NCBI RefSeq assembly: GCF_038025025.1
Contig: NW_027117343.1
Coordinates: forward strand, 1,240,001-1,304,000
Source of the DNA: Phyllosticta citribraziliensis
Lineage: Eukaryota
Length of the DNA stretch: 64,000 nt
Direction: 5' to 3'
Positions 51,200 to 63,006 of the stretch are shown here, piece by piece (position 1 is the stretch's first letter; each line of letters starts with the position of its first letter). Both the position numbers and the translations under genes were made by a program. Under the pieces are notes generated by a model. That model did no database searches and was not told the DNA's origin. It saw only the letters and a list, made by a program, of their open reading frames with translations.

Positions 51200-52181
51200 C
51201 AACGCAAAACGTCAGTCAGTTGTCATCCTCTGTCTCTGCCTCTGTCTCTGTCTCTGTCGTTGTCGTCCCTCGGCGTTTGGGTGAACCAAGGAGCCGACTA
51301 CGGTCGTTCACTTACTCGCTTCCTTGCCTGCTTTTTCGCTTTTCTCGCTCCTTCGCTCCCTTTCTTTTTCATTGGCGCGCCGACCGCGAGGCGATAGGTG
51401 GGCGCAATACGTGCTTGGTATGGTTGGGTTGGGGCGGAGGTGTGCCGAGAAGGCGCAGGAAGGCAGGCCAGAAGGCATCGGGGTTGGGGCTGGGGCTGGG
51501 GCTGGGCGTATGTAGGCACAGGTACAGGCAAGGTACGGTAGGTACCTAGGTAGATAGCAGTGCTGCTCTCTGCTGACAGACGGTCGCTCATCGGTAGGAG
51601 GCTGATCAGTCGACTGGATGGGCAGCGCAACGGCGGCATAGGCTTCAACTCGAACAGACTTACTTCGTTAACATATACTTGAAACCGTCTTCTCTACTAC
51701 CCGCAGACCATTTGCCTTTCCTGCTCGTGCAGTCTAATGGGCTTGCTTGCTTGCTTGCTTGATTCCTCCCTAGCGTGGAGCATAAACTTCCCACCCGCGA
51801 ATGGAAAAAAAGTCACCGAAGTAAATCTGAAGGGTTGGAATGTGAGGTGTGGTTAACCACGCATTCATAGCATGCTCTCTGAAGCTCTGATCTCCATGAC
51901 TACACTGATGACTACACAACATGTAGTCGGTCAAAGAATGAGCCTGAGCATCTCCAGCGACTAAACCATAGAGAAGACGACGACGAAGAAGAAGTGGAAG
52001 AAAGCAAACCAAAGACAGACAACAGACCCTGAACGCCAGCGACCCGCAATCGATCGATCAAGCCGTCTCGATACTCGCAAGAGAACAATGGCTTCGTCGC
52101 CTCGAATCAAGAACAAACGCTTCAGAGCTCCTCCGGCACAACACAACAAAACGCGACACGACATGACAAGAACCCCGAGCA

Positions 52182-54264
52182 TCAAGCAGCCACGGCCGCC
52201 GCGCCTCCACTGCCCGGCCAGACCGACGCCAGCTTGACGCGACATCGATTGCACACGTCCTCCAGCATGCTGTGTCCCAACGACGCCGACGCATTTGCCG
52301 CCGGAGCCGGAGCCAGCGCAGCCTCGACTTTGCAGCTGCCGCTGCGCGAAAGCCGCAGACCGACGACCGACAGGCCGTCTCTGGAGCGGCGCCTCAACGA
52401 CAGCGCGCGGGCAGCCCGCGGCTTCGACGGAGCACGCTGCTCATGCTGACGATGGTGCTGCGGCAGAAGCAGCGGCAAAGAGGGCGCAGACCGCGAGACC
52501 GGCACGTCTCGCGCCGCCTCTTCATCTTCGTCGTAGACGCTGGTGTCAGCGTCGTCGTTGTCGTCCTCGCCGTCGGGCAAGCGCACCCCCGCCGCGACGC
52601 ACACCTCGTCGTCAAAGTTGGGTGATAGCGCAAACTGCGCCGGGTCGAACGACGGAAAGTCTGGCACGTATGGCCTGTACCGGCCGCGGGGCAGGTCCAG
52701 TGGCGGGAGGGGAGTGGAGCACCGCGACCAGACTGTTTTGGCGGGCACTTGCATCGAGAGGGTCGAGTCGCGGCGGTCGCGTTGAGAGTTGCGGGACATC
52801 TGGAAGCGGTCGGACGCTCCTTGGTTGAGCGAGTTTGTTGTGGCTTGAGAGGCCATCTTTGTCGATTTGTTGGAGCCGAATCGGCTGCGGAGTCGAAGTG
52901 AATAGCGTTTTGGGATGCGTGGAAGAACGCTGGATCGTGTCTCTTGGAAGGGCGTTACGATAGGAGGTTCATCAAGTTGGAGTGAAGGTATCGTGGGCAT
53001 CGGTGTTAGACATATTGGGTCGAGGAGGGAAGGACGACCGAGTGGCTTATTCTCCGCCATGGTAGTCGTAGTCTCAGGGTTGGTTTGAGCGACACACATC
53101 GCCTTGGAGATGGTGTTCTTCTCGGGTCGGTCCAGGGTAGAAAGAACTAACGGTGCTGTGGGCCGTGGTAGCGAGTAGTTTGGAGGTTTTGAAGATGATG
53201 GCTTCGGCTTCAGTTGAATGCCACTTTGAGCTGCTGGCGTGTCGTCTGGTAATGGTGTTCTGATGGCTTGTTGAAAGAGAGCGTCGATGCTCGCCTCTTG
53301 GTCGAATTTCCCAAAAGGGGATTCCAGTGGACTAATTGGTGCGGAAGGACCTACGTCCGGCAGAGGTGTTCTGATGGCTTGCAGAAAAATGGACTCGAAG
53401 CTCTCCTCGTCGCCAGGCTTTGTGCTTTCGCAGTTGAAAAGTGGGGTACCATCTATGCCGTCCAGTATCGAAGTATCGATCCACGGCTTTGGTAGACCGG
53501 CACGTCTGACAGACATTCCCTTTGGCAGGCTGCTTCGAGGCGAGTCGCCTGACGTGGATAGATTCGGTTTTGCCTGGCTTTGGAGCTCTTCATCCTCCAT
53601 TTCAAACGCAGCCTTTTGGCAGTTGATACTTTTGGTGTTCATCTGCGTTGATTGGGGATCTTCAAAGAAGTCAGACGTTAGTGGAGTCTTCAGAGACGAA
53701 TATGCTCTCGAGCTCTCGTCGTTCTGCGCATGGCCACTGTTTTCACCGAGGGAGGGAGAATTTGGATCCATGGACGACGTGGGGGGGCCGTAATTCGACG
53801 GTTGTTGCCTATCATCTTGGCGGTTCGAGTTTTTGGAAGATGGTCGGCTTCGAGGAACCACCGTCTCATCCACGTGCGATAGCTGCCATACCGAGGCTGG
53901 GCTCTTGAATGGCCAACCTGTTCGAGCGAGGTCAGTGAATTGGCTCAAAAGACAATGCATCCACTTACCAAGGCAAGAGTAGTATTTCACCATGAGCATC
54001 ACTCCCCGTCCAAATAGTCTGTACCACTGGTCAGCATCTTCTCAAATGCGGGGAAATCTGCTCGACCTACTGGATACGACGCCGTTTGCCAGCAGAGGCC
54101 GTATCTCCCGCAACAGATTGCTCGATCAGGGGCTCGAATAGAGAGGATTTCCTCCGTCGAGACTTGCGCGCCGATTCCTCGTGTCCAGTGAGAGGTTCCT
54201 GGCGGTCTGATGTGGACCCTTTGGTCGTGTATTTATTGTAGTCCTGATGATGCTGGTTGACCAT
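52182..54264 (-). CDS. Hypothetical S/P-rich disordered protein, 3 exons (introns ~54021-54070 and ~53917-53967)
   Basis: A 606-codon ORF plus the upstream ORF 54067-54264 are joined in frame by GTAGGT..GCTGAC..CAG and GTAAGT..ACTGAC..CAG introns. No family recognised. Confidence 0.65.
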
Positions 54265-54803
54265 AGTTCGAAGTCAAACGAGGACTAGTAGTGAAGATGG
54301 GTTGATGGAGTAGTGATTTTGATCAGTGGGTCTGAAAAAGAGACTGGGGGCTAGTTGGACTTGGATCAGACCCTCAAAGACGATGGGATGGCTAAGGTAG
54401 AGCGTGGTGTAAACGGACAGAGTCAACTGGAAGACTCGAGAGTCTCCAGGTTTCGACGGGCGCAGAGGCGTCGAGGTAGCAACAAGGCAGCGGCGGAAGG
54501 AGCATTTGAAGGGAAACAAGATGCTGTTCTTTCGCAAGGCAGGAGCCTGTCACTGGCGCCAGATCTGGGAAGGCCAAGAGGCACATTGGTGGTGTTCCAA
54601 AAGGGAAGTTACATTCTTTGGGGGGGTACCCAACGGGATCGTGATCGTGGTCGCATACCCAAGTTGCCGGTTCCTGCGCGAGATCTCGCACAATGACCGT
54701 GGAACGAAGTGGGGGTACTTGGCTTGTCGATCGGTGTTCTCCCGCACATCCCCGTTGAGTTCTGCGCTCTAGAAGGGAGTTCGGTGTGCTCCTTTTGAGG
54801 TGG

Positions 54804-55538
54804 CTATTTTTCGACTGAAGAACCAATGTACTTCATGTACTTGTCCTCGTTGTCCATCTGATCTACACCGTCGATGCCTAGTCTCTTGGAGAATTTGTCC
54901 ACAAAAACGTGTGCAACATCATCGACGCTTACAGGCACCGAGGTTTGCTGTTCTAGAGAAGTTGTTCGCGTGCCGGGTAGACCACATGCAACAATTCGAT
55001 TGAACCACCATAAATTTGTTGTGACGTTGAGACCGATTCCGTGGCTGGTGATGTTGCGTCTCATGTGTAGGCCGACAGCACAGATTTTGTCTTTTGGAGA
55101 TGTCCATACACCGGTGTTGTCTGTTGTCATGGCGGAAACACCAAACTCGGCACAAGTATCGATTACAGACTTTTCAAGAAGGCAAACATAATCTCGAGGC
55201 GAAATTTTATGTCTTCTCAGGTCGATGATTGGGTACGCCACAAGCTGCCCGGGTCCGTGGAAAGTAGTTTGGCCGCCTCTCAAAGCCTCTTCGAAATCGG
55301 CTTTCCCCTCCATGCGCAAAGCTTCTTGAGTTTGCTGGCTCACGGTACCAAGTTCTCGGCGACCGCACGTGTAAACCGGTTTGGACTCCCAGGAAATAAT
55401 GGTAGGGTTGGGGGGAGTCAGAGAGGAATCAGCCTTGGAAGCCAGATACCTTGATACCGCCTTGTCCTGGAATTCAGAGACTGTTCGGTAGCGCCAGAGC
55501 CTCTCCGGCTTGACAAGGCGGAGATGTCCCAAACGCAT
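54804..55538 (-). CDS. LIP2: Lipoyl(octanoyl) transferase LipB
   Basis: PVYTCGRR, RGGQTTFHGPGQLVAYPIIDL, TGVW, KICAVGLHMRRNITSHGIGLNV and FNRIVACGL...TTSL. Confidence 0.93.
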   Translation of the reverse strand: MRLGHLRLVKPERLWRYRTVSEFQDKAVSRYLASKADSSLTPPNPTIISWESKPVYTCGRRELGTVSQQTQEALRMEGKADFEEALRGGQTTFHGPGQLVAYPIIDLRRHKISPRDYVCLLEKSVIDTCAEFGVSAMTTDNTGVWTSPKDKICAVGLHMRRNITSHGIGLNVTTNLWWFNRIVACGLPGTRTTSLEQQTSVPVSVDDVAHVFVDKFSKRLGIDGVDQMDNEDKYMKYIGSSVEK

Positions 55539-55850
55539 GCTGATTGATGGCGCTCCAAAAAAATTGCAGGATGGAGAGAGAGACGGTTTCAAAGATCGAA
55601 TGCGCAGAGCACTTTGTTTTTTCTCTTGAGACAAGGTAATCATGCAAAAAAGGGTGAGAGAGTTAAGAATCGAGGAATGACGGAGTCGAAAAGTGTTGGA
55701 TAATCTGGTTGTATGGTTGGCCGAGGTGCACTGATGGAAGAGTGACGCGTGCGTGCCCCGCGCTATCGGAATTTGGAGCGCGTCGGTCTCCGCGTCAGGT
55801 CTCGTCTTCCAGCGCACACCTCTCTCGCGTCAATACTCCGTGCCAACACG

Positions 55851-56489
55851 ATGGCCAAAGCCGCGAAGCAGACCGGTGATCCAAGGCCGCACAAGCTGCC
55901 TCGACTTCCTCCAAGTGCGACTCACTCCATGCGCACAGAAGCCGCCGTTTGCTGACCTCCTCAAGACACCAAAATCCAAAAGCGCCCGCTCCTCCACCCT
56001 CCCATTGCCTCACCCTTCAGAAATGCCGATACCGAGAAAGTCGTCTACGTCAATGTCCGCACGCCGTTTCTCTCCGCCGTCAAGCGCGTCCAGAAACTTC
56101 TAAGCATCGCGGAAAAGCGTGCTGCCCAGAGTGCACTCGCGCAGAAGCGAAACCGTCGCGCCGATCCCATCATGTCTGCCGCAATCGCTGCCGTTGACGG
56201 ACAAGAAAAGCCAGAAAGAGTCACAATTAAAGCTACGGGCAGGAGCATCGAAAAGGCCATGGAACTGGCCTTGTTCTTTCAGCAGCAAGAAGATTGTCAC
56301 GTCAGGCTTGAGACGGGTACAGTGGATGCCATTGATGACCTCGTTGAGGACACAAATGCTACCGAGGCGGAATCAAAGCCCCGCGAAGAACTCGACACCG
56401 CCGCCCAAGAGAAGGCAAAGAGAGATCAAGTCCCCGAGACCAGGATTAGGCACACCAGCGTGTTGGAAGTGCACGTCAGCCTACGTTGA
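55851..56489 (+). CDS. POP7: RNase P/MRP subunit Pop7/Rpp20 (intron 55915-55965)
   Basis: IQKRPLLHP...KVVYVNVRTPFLSAVKRVQKLL...VTIKATGRSIEKAMELALFF...VRLETGTVDAIDDL...RHTSVLEVHVSL. Confidence 0.87.
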
Positions 56490-56498
56490 ACCAGGCCA

Positions 56499-57532
56499 TC
56501 ATCCAACTCGACTCTCTTTCGCTACACTGTACGTTGTCGCGAACCTCTCGAGCATGTGCTCTTCGACGGTCAGAATTCTGTCTTCATCTGCGCCGTCGAG
56601 CCTCTTCAGCCTCGCGTCCAGGCACCCGTCAAAGAAATAAGGCACGCTATAACGATCAGCGTCCCCCAGGTTCAAGACACGGTGCAAGTTGCTTTTGAAG
56701 TAGCCACCGGTGATTTGCTGCAACATGTCGCCCACATTCACCACAAAAGCATTTTCGTCGGGCGGCACAGACACCCACTGTCCGGTGGTCTGGTTTTGAA
56801 CCTGCAGCCCCGGTAGGCCATCGGTCAGGAGGAGCGTGATGACACCAAAGTCCGTGTGCGCGCCGGCGCCAAATTGCTTCTCAGCGGACGAATTTTGAGG
56901 AGGGTAATGGAGAAGTCTCATCGAAGCAACAATCGGCTCCCCTTTCAGCTCGTCCAGCGCGTCTGGACCGTATGGCAAAGCGGCAGCGACAAGTTCCAGG
57001 ACACGAAGACAAAGGGCTTCGACTGCGTCATAGTAGTCCACCATGGGATTCTTGAACGAGGACTCGGGGACTTGTTCCGCGGACGGCCAAATATTGGGCG
57101 TCATGAAAGAACGGCTCGCTTGCTCATCCTCGAAGGCGATATCTTTGCCAATGTAGTAACCCTTGACGATTTGTGAGCTCCCTTCCGAAAGGATTCGCGT
57201 GAATGGTCCGTTACCTCCTTCATATCCGGCAAGGCATCTTGTTGCAAGGCTTGCGCTCCCATCATATCGTACCCTCTGTTTGTTCCGGGTCTCTTCAGAG
57301 CCTTCTTTTCCTCCAGTGGTAAGGCAAACAGGGCCTTGGCACCTTGGAAGAGTGCTTTCACCAAGTCTGCGGGAATCCCATGTCCCTTGAGCTGGAAGAA
57401 TCCCGAGGTGGTACATGCTACGCGAACAGAATCGACGACGTGTCGCGCTTCCGAAGAAGATGGATTTTGCAAATACGCTGATATGTCCACCACGGGGATC
57501 TGGAATTCCGGGACCTGCGTCGCTGAAGGCAT
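56499..57532 (-). CDS. 2OG-Fe(II) dioxygenase (DIOX_N + 2OG-FeII_Oxy; IPNS/flavonol-synthase-like fold); intron ~57162-57213
   Basis: IPVVDIS...ACTTSGFFQLKGHGIP...FALPLEEK, RGY, DMKE|GYYIG, PNIWP, RLLHYPP, GAHTDFGVITLL, VVNVGDML...FKSNLHRV and RYSVPYF. Confidence 0.9.
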
Positions 57533-57650
57533 GCTGTGATGTGGAAACAATGACCTAACGGCAGGCCTTTGGAAGGGTTCCTTGGTGCTCTAGGTCGCAG
57601 GTCTTGACGCAAAATTCTTGAATTCCTCCCATGCTGCATGTCAACTGGTC

Positions 57651-57656
57651 TTTATA
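57651..57656 (-). promoter_or_regulatory. Possible TATA box (TATAAA) of the 2OG dioxygenase gene
   Basis: TTTATA on the + strand, about 120 bp upstream of the ATG at 57532. Confidence 0.35.
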
Positions 57657-59421
57657 CCATCGGAGCTTTCGGCACTTGATATAAAACCACCTAACCTTAT
57701 CATTTCACGTCCAATTGCAATCAGCCAATTTCTTCTGCTCAAAACGGAGCCCGACGGTCCGCACCGACCAGAGCTTCACCAAAGAGATGCGGGGATCGCG
57801 GGACTCCGCATCTTATCAAGCGGAACCGGCCGGGCAGCTAGCGGCACATTGAAGCCCTACCTGGACATGTACCGTGCGCTGAGAACAAGGTGCGGCTCAC
57901 CAGCTCATCCATGACGTGGGCTTTGGCTTGTTTGTTCGACAGTTCGCGTGCCGTTCCGAGTACGATATACATCGCCTGAATCTGTTGCTCCATGCAGCAG
58001 CTCAACCCTTTTCCTTCGGCCCCACCGTGTCTTTAAGATCTGGATTGGATCTTTCTACTCCTATTTATACATATGCGTCGAGGCCGTTTCAGGTAGCACG
58101 CACACAACATGATACCAAGCTATTTCTGTTCTGGTGCAGGAAGCGTTGTGCAGCACCATACAGGACATCTGTGCTCACTTCGCCAACATCGGTCGAAAAT
58201 CATCTTACAGCGGGCTCAGCGCTTTCGATCGACCGTATGATTTTATCCGGAGCCAACACTTTTAGAAGTGGCATAGTCGCCGTTACAAGACACTGCTGTG
58301 TCTGAGGCGTAATCGTGGACATTTCTTGTCTCCCCGGAGTGTAAGCATCATCGCCCGGGCATTATTCTAGGGAATGTGCGACATTCGCGAAGTGTTCTGG
58401 AATACTGTCTTAAGCGCCGGGCCTTCCCAATGCGGAGCTCGTGTCAGGCTCCGATCCCGTTGAGGCCAGTTCACAACAGAGATTGGTCGAACCAAGCGCG
58501 CGAGCAGACAGGGGCTTTGTCCAGTCTGTCTGATCTACAGGAGGTGCACATCGTTGGAACACTTAGGCAATAGACGACACAAATCCAACCCTGGTTTCCA
58601 AACATGCTCGCCGCGATGGACGCGTTCGTTATCTTAAAGGCCCATCCCTGCCACTCAACAAAACCACCGTGTGTCCTCGCCATGCCATGTAGACGTGTGC
58701 GAACGCTGACCGTCTCGACGCACGAGTGAAATGGCTTTGTGGCTACGTGGCGGACTACCACGTATGCCGTGTTGAGTTCGGGGGTGATGGACGTGCCTTG
58801 AGGCCCTGAGGGACCCTGATCTACCCCTGGACCCTTCATTAGCAGCCCCTGCGATTGGGTGGCTTGGTGCCGAAGAACACGGGAAAAGGGCCGAAAGCGA
58901 AAAGGACCGAGACCGCCCTTCAACACTTTTTCGAAGCCAACCACCATGGCTGCTTTCAGAGCCCACCGCGGCGGTCCCGCATCTTGTGGCGGCTAGCAAT
59001 CTTGGTGTAACTTCTAGCAAATCTGCTCTGCATGGTTCTTTGCAGCCCAGTATTTGAGAAGACAGCACCACAATATGCGCTCCCTTTCATCCGCCACGAT
59101 GGCCGTCTGGTCGAGTCAATCACCGTGCCCACGAGGCGTTCCTACGGGTTTCGTTGCGTCCACTCACGACAAAGATCGCTGAGCTATGGTACTGTGGGTG
59201 GAGCGTCTGCGCGCAGAGTCTGCGCCCTGAAAGCCCACCGAGAGGAACGGGCCTCACTCCAGATCCTTATCCCTTGCAGCTCGGACTCTGATGCTGGCAC
59301 TCTATCGCTCAGTTTAAAAGGCCGGCCATGCCTGGGCTCTGCCGTCGGCGGCGGACCATCGAAGGGACAGTCTGCGCCGTGTGAAATTGGCCCACGACGC
59401 GTGAGCTCTCGACTTGCAACC

Positions 59422-60698
59422 ATGGCTACCCAAACCGTTACAGTCACCTCAACAAAAGAGGTTCAGGTGCGCTTCCCATGAGCAAGCTGGCCACAGCCTT
59501 TACTCACCCTTTTCTCTAGCCCGTGAAAGGCGACAAGTCGTCCAGGGATATCTCAAAATGCCCTACCCTCGGAGAAATCAAGCGGGCCATTCCTCCGCAC
59601 TGCTTCGAGCCCTCGGTGGCCATCTCCATGAGCTATCTGGTGCGGGACATTATCCTTGTTGCCATCTTGGCATGGGCCGGCCTCCAAATCCCCAGAATTG
59701 AAACCTTCTGGGTCCGCGCTACCACGTGGATTCTGTACGGCTTCGCCCAGGGCCTCGTCTTCACGGGCATCTGGATTCTTTCTCACGAGTGCGGCCACGG
59801 TGCCTTTTCCAAGCACCCTCTGCTGAACGACACGGTTGGATGGTTTGGCCACTCGTTCCTGATGGTGCCCTACTTTTCCTGGAAGTTCTCGCACGCGCGC
59901 CACCACCGCTTCACCGGCCACATTGAAAAGGACCTCGTCTTTGTGCCCAGGACCCAAGAGGACATGGCCTCGAAGCTCAGGGTCACCCTGGAGGCCTTGG
60001 ACGAGCTCGCCGAGGACACTCCCATCGTCACCGCCGGCAAGCTTCTCTTCCACCAGCTGCTTGGCTGGCAGACGTATCTCCTCTTCAACGTCTCCGCCGG
60101 AAAGCAGAGTCGCGTGCGCGACAACGGCAAGACGGGATGGTTCAACCAGCGCGGCAGCCACTTCGACCCGTGGAGCGTCCTGTTCATCCCACGCCAGGCC
60201 ATCTTCATCATCCTGTCCGACCTCGGCCTGGCCGTCATGGGCTACATGCTGTACCTGGCCGCGCAAAAGGTCGGCTGGCAGACGGTGGCGCTGATGTACG
60301 GCCAATCGTACTTCTGGGTGCACCACTGGCTCGTCGCCATCACCTACCTCCACCACACGCACCCCAACGTGCCGCACTACGCCGAGGGCACCTGGAACTT
60401 CACCCTCGGCAACCTGTGCACCATCGACCGCGACTTTGGCTGGATCGGCACCCACCTCTTCCACGGCATCATCGACACCCACGTCGTGCACCACCTGTTC
60501 CCCCGCATTCCCTTTTACTACGCCGACGAGGCCACCGACGCCATCCGCCCGCTGCTCGGCGAATTCTACAACGAGGACAAGAAGGCCAACTTCATCGTCA
60601 GCCTGTGGCACACGTTCAGGACGTGCCGCTGGGTCAAGGAGGTGGAGAAGGGCACCCAGGGCGTCTACGTCTGGGCCGGCAAGACGATGGAGAAGTAG
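59422..60698 (+). CDS. Omega-6/omega-3 fatty acid desaturase, bifunctional delta12/delta15-like subfamily (intron 59468-59519)
   Basis: Three His boxes: HECGH, HARHH, HVVHH. WILSHECGHGAFS, HHRFTGH and WVHHWLVAITYLHH resemble the fungal delta12/omega3 subfamily as I recall it. Short N-terminus. Confidence 0.9.
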
Positions 60699-61135
60699 AG
60701 CGACTTGCGCGTCTTGATAGAGTTCTTTTCGGCACAGCGGGTCGTTTTATAGACATGATAGATATAGATCTTTTCACTCTGTGATACCTTTCTGTCCCTG
60801 GTGAAACGTGATTCTTGACCCTTTGTCGTTGCTCGTTCCCCCCAGAGCTCTGTCTCAGCCTTCAACTCATCCTCAAAGTCGCTGTGCGCCTATCACCGTT
60901 GCAGTGCCTGCATTATGGTTGTCTCCATTTCTCATCCACACCTCCGTCACATTGACCTTGGACTACATTTGTTCTTCTTCTCATGACCGCCCGCGTAAAA
61001 GAAGACAAACGCCGGGACTTTGTTAGGCTTGCTCGAGCTTCCACCACAATCACATGCCGCTGGACAACTCCAACCACCAAAAGAATACCAAAGACCCGTC
61101 AGACAGGCCTGTGGAGAGCAAAAAGCAAAAGATGA

Positions 61136-61252
61136 TGACAACGATGGGACTCGAACCCATGCGGATTGCTCCAGTAGAATGCTGGCTGCTGTTGTATCAG
61201 CAGCTAAGTCGTTGACTTGAGTCTACCGCCATAACCACTCGGCCACGTTGCC
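61136..61252 (-). tRNA. tRNA-Leu(CAA) with ~35-nt intron
   Basis: Minus strand reads GGCAACG TGGCCGAGTGGTTATGGC GGTAGA CT CAA G [intron] ATTCTACT GGAGCAATCC GCATGGGTTCGAGTCCCAT CGTTGTC A. It has A and B boxes, a variable arm and downstream T-runs. Confidence 0.93.
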
Positions 61253-61621
61253 GCTTGATGAAATGTGCCTCGTTTTGCTACATTATATTTCTCAACATGT
61301 CTTCATGACTCAGTGACATTCTCCCAAGCATGTCCGGGTGCTGTCGAAACCAGATCGTTCTGTGCCAATTCATGTTCAGAAAATGATTATTAAAGCAATT
61401 TTGGGCGATAACCAAGGCAAACTGTCTTCAGTGTTGAACAGGAAGTTTTTATGTTCGACTTGAAGACAATTCAGCTAAACCTTGCGCAGTCGGCTAAGCG
61501 AACTCCAACCAAGGAACACACGGCCGGCGACGCGCATTCTCCACCAAACAACCACTTCAACCATCATTGACGCCTCCTGCCCAACTCCACAGTCTCATTC
61601 CACTTTTGACAATCCGAAAAC

Positions 61622-62542
61622 ATGGGCCGTCTTCACAGCAAGGGAAAGGTACGCGTCTCGACCGACCCGCGCAATTCAAACTGCCGCAATGCGAACGGGG
61701 TCAGCTAACACACCCAGGGTATTTCGTCGAGTGCGATCCCCTACAGCCGCCGCCCCGCCTCATGGCTCAAGACCACGCCGGATCAGGTGGTTGACCAGAT
61801 CTGCAAGCTCGCCCGCAAAGGCGCGACGCCCTCGCAGATTGGCGTCGTCCTCCGCGACTGTAAAACCTCTTCCGCACACACGCATCAACGACGGGCTGGA
61901 TGGAGACTGACGGACAATCACAGCGCACGGAGTCGCGCAGGTCAAGGTCGTGACTGGTGCGTACAAGAACTGAAAATATCGACTCGGTCGCGCCGCCGCG
62001 GATCGCTGACTTGTCTGCAGGTAACAAGATCCTCAGGATCCTGAAGGGCAACGGTATGCCTCTCATGAACAACACCATGGTCCCTGTTTGAATCGCGCTG
62101 CTGCTGCTTGGCACGCGATTGCCAACCACAAACAAACCTATTATGCTTCTGATCGGTTTCGGCTGACAGAATGATTTTGTGGTCTCACGCAGGCCTGGCT
62201 CCTGAGATCCCCGAAGAGTGCGTATATTGACTTAGCTCCCGCTACTGACTGCCCTTCCATTTGCTGACCAACTGCGCGCAGTCTCTACATGCTCATCAAG
62301 AAGGGCGTCCAGGTCCGCAAGCACCTTGAGCGCAACGTAAATTCCGCATTCCCCGCTCTACACGGCTGGACATGCCCCCGTTGCTAACACATTTACCGCA
62401 GCGCAAGGACAAGGACTCCAAGTTCCGCCTGATTCTGGTCGAATCCCGCATCCACCGCCTTTCTCGCTACTACAAGAAGGTCGGCGTCCTTCCGCCGAGC
62501 TGGCGCTACGAGAGCGCCACCGCTAGCACCCTCGTGTCCTAA
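61622..62542 (+). CDS. RPS13: 40S ribosomal protein S13 (uS15), 7 exons
   Basis: [18 protein letters not shown]...[85 protein letters not shown]. Confidence 0.97.
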
Positions 62543-63006
62543 GCCATGACGCCTGTTGGAAGTCAAGGATGGATGGCTTGATACAAAAGGGGTCGAGGAC
62601 TGTCTGGGCACGGAAAATGAATTAGGCTTAGCCGCCCATTGTCAGCGTCGCGACAGTCACTCAGAGGGTCAAACGACCATCTCATTCAGATGAGTGAGTC
62701 TGCGGGTCGCTATTCAAGAGGCTGTCCCGCGTAATATGCGAACAGATGGAAGGAGATTGAGATGGTTCAATTGAGGGTTGATAAATCCTCTATTACGCCG
62801 CAGCTGCTGCAGGAGAATACATTGAATAATGCCCACGGCTCGTGCAATTCGACTGCCATGACACATCCCCACCTCATAGCTTGATGTCCGTGGAGCAAAT
62901 GTGGAATTGAGAGTAGTGGAAGAGCACGCTACCCCTCAGACATTGTCGTCAACCAACCAGACGGTTTGGGTGCCCCTTTCGACAAGTCTCATGCAAACAG
63001 AGACTT

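Noticed and set aside
59553..60611. 352-aa antisense ORF over the desaturase (also 11763-12695, 19917-20867, 30203-31129)
   Set aside because: These are shadow ORFs produced by codon bias of real genes on the opposite strand.
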